From: an uncultured Actinomycetes bacterium
Lineage (GTDB): Bacteria > Actinomycetota > Acidimicrobiia > Acidimicrobiales > CADCSY01
Assembly: GCA_963743945.1 (NCBI GenBank)
Contig: CAVURO010000002.1
Span: forward strand, 19,433-83,432
Reading direction: 5' to 3'
Length of the DNA stretch: 64,000 nt
In this document: positions 59,261 through 64,000 of the stretch, piece after piece
Numbering within the stretch: position 1 is the first letter of the stretch
Layout of the letters: every line of letters begins with the position of its first letter
Notes under the pieces: generated by a model
Database searches by the model: none
What the model was told of the DNA's origin: nothing
Seen by the model: the letters and a program-made list of their open reading frames with translations, nothing else
Position numbers and translations under genes: made by a program

Positions 59261-60853
59261 ATGTCGATGACCGAGACAAGACCTGACACCGAGATCGCTG
59301 CGCCGGTGAGTGTGGACGATTCTCCCATCGATACGCCCGCCGGTCTGGCCGGTTGGCTGACCTCCACCGATCACAAGGTCATCGGTCGGCTCTGGGTGGT
59401 CACGTCCTTGGCGTTTCTGGTCGTCGGCGGTGTCCTGGGCTCGATGCTTGCCGGCGAGCGCATCGAGAGCGGTATGGACATCATCGACCTCGGTGCCTTC
59501 CAACAGGTGTACAGCCTGCACGGCGAGGTTGCGGTCTTCCTCTTCCTGGTTCCCTTCTTCATCGGGTTGGCCACCTACCTGGTCCCGCTGCAGGTTGGGG
59601 CGACCGAGATCTCGTTCCCTCGGGGCGCAAGCTTTGCCTACTGGGGATACGTCGTTTCGGGAGGACTGCTCCTGGCTTCCTACATCGCCGACGGTGGCCT
59701 TGCGGGCGGCAGCAAGACCGGCATCGACCTCTACCTGCTCAGTCTGATCTTCCTCAACGTTGCGTTGTGCGCAGCAATCGTCGCCATCCTGGCCACCGTC
59801 ATCGCCATGCGTGCTCCCGGCATGACGCTGATGCGCACGCCCTTGTTCTCCTGGTCCTTCCTCGTGGGTGGTGGGCTGACCCTGCTCGCAACCCCGGTTC
59901 TGATCGCGCATCTGGTGGAGTTGTACGTGACGCACCACTTCGGGGGGTCGCTCGAGGCCACGACCGGTATCGGTTGGTTCTGGGCGGTTCCTCAGGTCTA
60001 CGTGTCGGCCATTCCGGCCCTCGGTGTCGCGCTCGAGATCGTTCCGGTGCTTGCCGGGTCCCGTCTCGTTCCCCGAGGCGCGTCACTGGTCCTCATCGGC
60101 CTTGCGGGCGTGCTCGGCTTCGGCGCCTACGCCCAGGTCGGCCCCATCTTCGACGACGCGTTGTTCGTCGGTATGGGCCTCGCCGGCGTGCTGCCCATCC
60201 TCGGCCTGCTGGGTCTCGTCGGCGACTCGATGCGCAGGGGCAGGTTCACGGTCAAGGCGCCGATGCTGTTGGCCCTGGGGTCGCTCGTGTTGTTCCTCAT
60301 CGGGGCCGCCGCCGGTGCGGCATCGGTCATCGACGCCCTCGACCTGCGAGGCACCGTGTGGGGTGTCGGTCAGGCACATCTCATCCTGGAGGGCGCCGGC
60401 CTGTTGGCTGCATTCGCCGCCCTCTGGTTCTGGGCGCCGAAGATCTGGGGCATCACGCTCAACGACGTCGCCGGCAAGCTGGTCTTCCTCCTCGCTTTTG
60501 CGGGGGCTTCGGCGTTGGCGGTTCCCGACCTGGTGAACGGACTGGTCGAGGATCAGGCGATCGGTGCGATCGACATCCCGTCGGGCTCTTCGGTCGAAGC
60601 GATGAACGCCGTCTCCTCGGCAGGCGGCGCCTTGATGCTGCTTGCGGTTGTGCTCACCATCGCCGCGCTGGTGAGCGCCTTTGCCCGTAGGAAGTCCAAC
60701 CCCGTGGTCGATGATCCGTGGGACGGCTTCACCTTGGAATGGTCGACGGCGTCGCCGCCACCTCCGGCCAACTTCGATGAGCCGGTCGGGCTCGTCGCCT
60801 CACCCACCCCTGTTCTCGACCGCCGTTCCGATGGCTCGGAGGCTCTCCTCTGA
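59261..60853 (+). CDS. Heme-copper oxidase subunit I paralogue lacking CuB and high-spin heme ligands
   Basis: 530 aa, clearly COX1-like (TDHKVIG, YSLHGEV, FPR, DPWDGFTLEWSTASPPP). GHPEVY reads AVPQVY, WAHHMF reads AYAQVG, AHFHYV reads GQAHLI. Confidence 0.85.
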   Translation: MSMTETRPDTEIAAPVSVDDSPIDTPAGLAGWLTSTDHKVIGRLWVVTSLAFLVVGGVLGSMLAGERIESGMDIIDLGAFQQVYSLHGEVAVFLFLVPFFIGLATYLVPLQVGATEISFPRGASFAYWGYVVSGGLLLASYIADGGLAGGSKTGIDLYLLSLIFLNVALCAAIVAILATVIAMRAPGMTLMRTPLFSWSFLVGGGLTLLATPVLIAHLVELYVTHHFGGSLEATTGIGWFWAVPQVYVSAIPALGVALEIVPVLAGSRLVPRGASLVLIGLAGVLGFGAYAQVGPIFDDALFVGMGLAGVLPILGLLGLVGDSMRRGRFTVKAPMLLALGSLVLFLIGAAAGAASVIDALDLRGTVWGVGQAHLILEGAGLLAAFAALWFWAPKIWGITLNDVAGKLVFLLAFAGASALAVPDLVNGLVEDQAIGAIDIPSGSSVEAMNAVSSAGGALMLLAVVLTIAALVSAFARRKSNPVVDDPWDGFTLEWSTASPPPPANFDEPVGLVASPTPVLDRRSDGSEALL

Positions 60854-61467
60854 TGGCTGCGACCATGACCAAACCATCCGATTCCACCTCGGCGCTACCG
60901 CGTCGGGGCGGCATTGCCATGACCGGGTCGATGCTCGCCATCGCCGCGGGGGTGATGCTCTTCGGGGGACTCTTGGCGAGTTACTTCGGCCAACGCGGTG
61001 CTGCTCAGGCAGCGGGCGAGGCATGGCTGCCTGAGGGACTTGCCTTGCCGAACGTCGCCTTGGCCACCACCTACCTGGCCCTGTTCATGTCGGCGGTGAC
61101 GGCCCAATGGGCGGTAACGGCGATCAAGCAGAACGACCGTCTGAATCTCTACTGGGCATTGGGAACCACGCTCTTCCTGGCCTTCGCCTTCATCAACGGG
61201 TTGACCTTCTGTTGGCGAGAGCTCGGGCTTGTTGCGGGCTCGGGCACCTATGCAGCGCTGGTGTACGCCATCACCGTGAGCCATCTGCTCGTCGTGATCG
61301 CGGCGATAGCGGTCTTCTTGGTGATGGGATTCAGGTCCCTTGGTGGGCAGTTCTCGTCACAGAACAGCGAGTTCGTGGCATCGGCTGCAGCCTTCTGGCA
61401 TTTCGCCGTGGGTGCGGGTTTCCTCGTCTATTTCTCGCTCTGGTTCCTCGAAGGGGCACCCAAGTGA
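60853..61467 (+). CDS. Cytochrome c oxidase subunit III-like membrane protein
   Basis: 204 aa, five hydrophobic helices, C-terminal FWHFAVGAGFLVYFSLWF resembles the subunit III WHFVDVVW motif. TGATG overlap with the upstream gene. Confidence 0.65.
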   Translation: MAATMTKPSDSTSALPRRGGIAMTGSMLAIAAGVMLFGGLLASYFGQRGAAQAAGEAWLPEGLALPNVALATTYLALFMSAVTAQWAVTAIKQNDRLNLYWALGTTLFLAFAFINGLTFCWRELGLVAGSGTYAALVYAITVSHLLVVIAAIAVFLVMGFRSLGGQFSSQNSEFVASAAAFWHFAVGAGFLVYFSLWFLEGAPK

Positions 61468-62237
61468 TCACGACCGGCGCAAAGTTCTGGTTCGGCCTCA
61501 CCTTCTTCACGCTCGTTGCCGCGGTGACGTATTTCGTGGGCAGCGGTGGCGAGGAGTTCGGTTCGGTTGTTCTGTCGGCCGCGACGATTGCCTCGTTTGT
61601 GGTCGGTGCCACGTGCGCCGGCCTGCGGGACGGAAACCTTCAGACGCCCGGTGGGCGCTCGGTCACGGTCGGGGTGACACCACGGCGCTCTGCGGGGCCG
61701 GCGCCTTGGCCGGCGCTCGGTGCGGTCGGAGTAGCGGTCTCGCTGGTGGGTCTCGCCGGTGGCAATGCGCTGCTGTACGTGGGTATGGGCATCATGGCGG
61801 TGGTCCTCGTGGAGTGGATGGTGCAGGGTTGGGCAGAACGGTCCACGGCCGACGCCGATCACAACCGGGAACTCCGCAATCGCCTCATGCAGCCCGTGGA
61901 GTTCCCGGTGCTCGCGGCCGCGACGATCGCCCTTGTCGTCCTGTCGCTGTCCCGGGTGCTCCTGGCACTGTCGAAGACCGGGTCGACCGTCATCGCCATC
62001 GTGATCGCCTCGGTGATTCTCCTGGTCGCCTTCGTGGTGGCCGCTCGACCCCGAATCAGCTCAGCGTTGCTGAGTGCCCTCCTCGTGGTCTCGGCCGTGG
62101 GTCTCATCGCCGGCGGGATCACCAGCGCGGTGATCGGTGAACGTGAGATCGAGAAGCACGGCACCGAGTCCCACAGCGACGGACCTACGGGGACCCAGCC
62201 GGTTGGCGACGAGGCACCTGAGGACACACACCCATGA
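61464..62237 (+). CDS. Polytopic membrane protein with CtaF (actinobacterial subunit IV)-like N-terminal half
   Basis: The N-terminus ITTGAKFWFGLTFFTLVAAVTYFVGSGGEEFGS resembles my recollection of CtaF N-termini. About 257 aa, roughly twice CtaF length. GTGA and ATGA overlaps with both neighbours. Confidence 0.5.
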   Translation: MITTGAKFWFGLTFFTLVAAVTYFVGSGGEEFGSVVLSAATIASFVVGATCAGLRDGNLQTPGGRSVTVGVTPRRSAGPAPWPALGAVGVAVSLVGLAGGNALLYVGMGIMAVVLVEWMVQGWAERSTADADHNRELRNRLMQPVEFPVLAAATIALVVLSLSRVLLALSKTGSTVIAIVIASVILLVAFVVAARPRISSALLSALLVVSAVGLIAGGITSAVIGEREIEKHGTESHSDGPTGTQPVGDEAPEDTHP

Positions 62238-63331
62238 AGGTCAGGAGTCCAGCCATGAAGCTCGGCCGTGTTCGCCGTGCCGCCTTTTCGCCGCCGAGCC
62301 TGATGGCGGCTTTGACGTTGGGACTGTCCGCTTGCGCGAGTGACGCTCCGCAGGACACGCTCGATCCGGCCGGGCCGCTGGCCCGCAGCATCGACAACCT
62401 GTTCGTCCCGGTGTTCTGGATCGCCGCCGCCGTCTTCTTTCTCGTGCAGGGCATCCTCATCGTCGCCGTCGTCAGGTTTCGGCGTCGGCCCGGTGACGAC
62501 GAGTTGCCGCGGCAACTTCACGGCAACACCATTTTGGAGCTGGGCTGGACGGCGTTGCCCGCGCTGGTGCTCGCCGTGGTCGGGGTGCTGACCTTGCCCG
62601 TGATCTTCGATCTCAACGAGAAGCCGGCCGATGCCCTCCAGGTGAAGGTGGTAGGGCAGAAGTACTGGTGGGCCTACGAGTACCCACAGGTGTCGGAAGA
62701 GTTTCCCAACCAGGCAGGCTTCGGCCTCGATGGGGAGAAGCCCATCGTGACCGCGAACGAGTTGCACGTCCCCGCAGGCCGGCGGGTGTTGCTCACGCTC
62801 ACCTCGACCGATGTCATCCATTCCTTCTGGGCTCCCCGACTGAACGGCAAGCGAGATGTCGTGCCAGGTCGGACGCATACGTGGATGATCGAGGCGGACG
62901 AGCCGGGCGTCTACTCGGGTCAGTGCGCGGAGTTCTGCGGCGTGTCGCATGCCAACATGCGCCTCAAGGTCGTCGCCCATGACGCAGCGGGATGGAAAGA
63001 CTGGCTGGCGGGTCAGATGCCTGACGCAACGACGCCGACATCCGGCCCGGCAGCGGAGGGATACGCGCTCTTCGGTCAGCAGTGCGCCATGTGCCACAAG
63101 GTCGACGGCGTCTACAACCAGGTTCAGGCCACGTCGCCTTCGGCCCCGAATCTCACCCACCTGTTCAGTCGCGACTGTTTCGCCGGCTGCCTTTATGATC
63201 TGAACGACCGCAACGAGCTCAAGGCCTGGTTGCGTGACCCCCAGCGCAAAGCCGGTTCTCTGATGGTGATCCCCAAACTCTCCGAGGGTGACATCGACAA
63301 GCTCGTTGCCTACCTCGAGACGTTGGACTGA
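62234..63331 (+). CDS. ctaC: Cytochrome c oxidase subunit II with fused C-terminal cytochrome c domain (caa3 type)
   Basis: Lipobox LSAC, two TM helices, CuA site HSFWAP...CAEFCGVSHANM, heme c motif CAMCH at 63083-63097. Confidence 0.93.
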   Translation: MKVRSPAMKLGRVRRAAFSPPSLMAALTLGLSACASDAPQDTLDPAGPLARSIDNLFVPVFWIAAAVFFLVQGILIVAVVRFRRRPGDDELPRQLHGNTILELGWTALPALVLAVVGVLTLPVIFDLNEKPADALQVKVVGQKYWWAYEYPQVSEEFPNQAGFGLDGEKPIVTANELHVPAGRRVLLTLTSTDVIHSFWAPRLNGKRDVVPGRTHTWMIEADEPGVYSGQCAEFCGVSHANMRLKVVAHDAAGWKDWLAGQMPDATTPTSGPAAEGYALFGQQCAMCHKVDGVYNQVQATSPSAPNLTHLFSRDCFAGCLYDLNDRNELKAWLRDPQRKAGSLMVIPKLSEGDIDKLVAYLETLD

Positions 63332-63347
63332 CGGAAAGACTGCGATC

Positions 63348-64000
63348 ATGGCTCTTACTCATCTGGAACCAGCGCTCGATGTACGGGACAGCGAAGCTCC
63401 CGCCCCGTTCCTGGGTGTCTTTCGACGACCGACGACCAACACCGGCTGGCGTTCATGGTTGACGACGGTCGATCACAAGAAGATCGGGATCCTGTACGGG
63501 GGTTCCGCCCTTGTGTTCTTTGCCGTCGGCGGGCTCGAGGCTTTGCTCATTCGTGCACAGCTCGCCCAGCCGGAGGGGCAGGTCCTCACTCCCGAGCAGT
63601 ACAACCAGGTGTTCACGATGCACGCGACCACGATGGTGTTCCTGGTGATCATGCCGATGCTCGCCGCATTCGCCAACTACCTCATCCCCATCATGATCGG
63701 CGCGCGCGACGTCGCCTTTCCACGGCTCAATGCGCTCAGCTTCTGGATATTCATCGTCGGTGGACTGTTTCTCTACTCCAGCTTTCTCTTCGGTGGGGCC
63801 CCTGACGGGGGCTGGTTCGCCTACCTGCCGAACACGGGCCCGGTCTACTCTCCGGGCGCCGGCATGGATTTCTGGGGCCTGGGGTTGCAGATCACCGGCA
63901 TCGCGTCGCTGCTGGGCGCGATCAACCTGATCGTTACCTGTCTCAACATGCGTGCGCCCGGCATGACCCTCATGCGAATGCCCATGTTCGTGTGGATGTC
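63348..64000 (+). CDS. ctaD: Cytochrome c oxidase subunit I, canonical (5' partial, runs off the window)
   Basis: Not in the ORF track because it has no stop in the window. My translation from ATG 63348: MALTHLE...WLTTVDHKKIGILYGG...YNQVFTMHATTMVFLVIMP...GARDVAFPRLNALSFW...MRAPGMTLMRMPMFVWM. GGAAAG lies about 10 nt upstream. Confidence 0.92.
   Translation, partial: MALTHLEPALDVRDSEAPAPFLGVFRRPTTNTGWRSWLTTVDHKKIGILYGGSALVFFAVGGLEALLIRAQLAQPEGQVLTPEQYNQVFTMHATTMVFLVIMPMLAAFANYLIPIMIGARDVAFPRLNALSFWIFIVGGLFLYSSFLFGGAPDGGWFAYLPNTGPVYSPGAGMDFWGLGLQITGIASLLGAINLIVTCLNMRAPGMTLMRMPMFVWM

Overview
High-GC chromosomal core segment, almost certainly from an actinobacterium. Supporting markers are a WhiB regulator, an HspR/HAIR-controlled dnaK operon, a BldC homologue, a CtaF-like oxidase subunit, an LPXTG protein and a tRNA Glu-Asp-Phe cluster. 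About 60 genes can be called, all by reading the translations and motifs by eye; no searches were run.

Gene content, in order:
- ArsR-SRPBCC pair.
- IclR regulator with a NitT/TauT-type ABC importer.
- Sensor kinase with a GerMN lipoprotein.
- sodA and a YihY-family protein.
- ArsR-SulP operon and MFS-TetR operon.
- Thiolase-like/DUF35 pair.
- ABC-F ATPase, YceI protein and a Baeyer-Villiger monooxygenase.
- Block resembling M. tuberculosis Rv3677c-Rv3682: receiver, two ArsA-like ATPases, NfeD, WhiB, PBP1A, S1-like protein, Nudix and MBL hydrolases.
- HTH-PAS protein.
- dnaK-grpE-dnaJ-hspR-clpB.
- LPXTG repeat protein.
- Purine cluster purA-D-B-C-S-Q-(x)-L-F-M.
- Fused 2-oxoacid dehydrogenase E1 alpha/beta.
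- bldC, malic enzyme and a HAD hydrolase.
- Three tRNAs.
- DUF2017-clpS-ctaA, divergent from ctaB.
- Five-gene oxidase operon running off the window edge.

No mobile element, prophage, CRISPR array or rRNA was seen.

The most unusual element is at 59261-62237. A heme-copper oxidase subunit I paralogue there has all three CuB histidines and the high-spin heme ligand replaced. It is followed by subunit III-like and CtaF-like genes, and all are translationally coupled to a canonical caa3-type ctaC-ctaD.

Other points of interest:
- Catalytically dead S1-protease homologue.
- HTH-PAS protein with a degenerate kinase-like domain, next to the HAIR operator.
- Several strong operator-like palindromes on apparently leaderless genes.
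- Apparent frameshift in the SRPBCC gene.
- Possible kdpF remnant.
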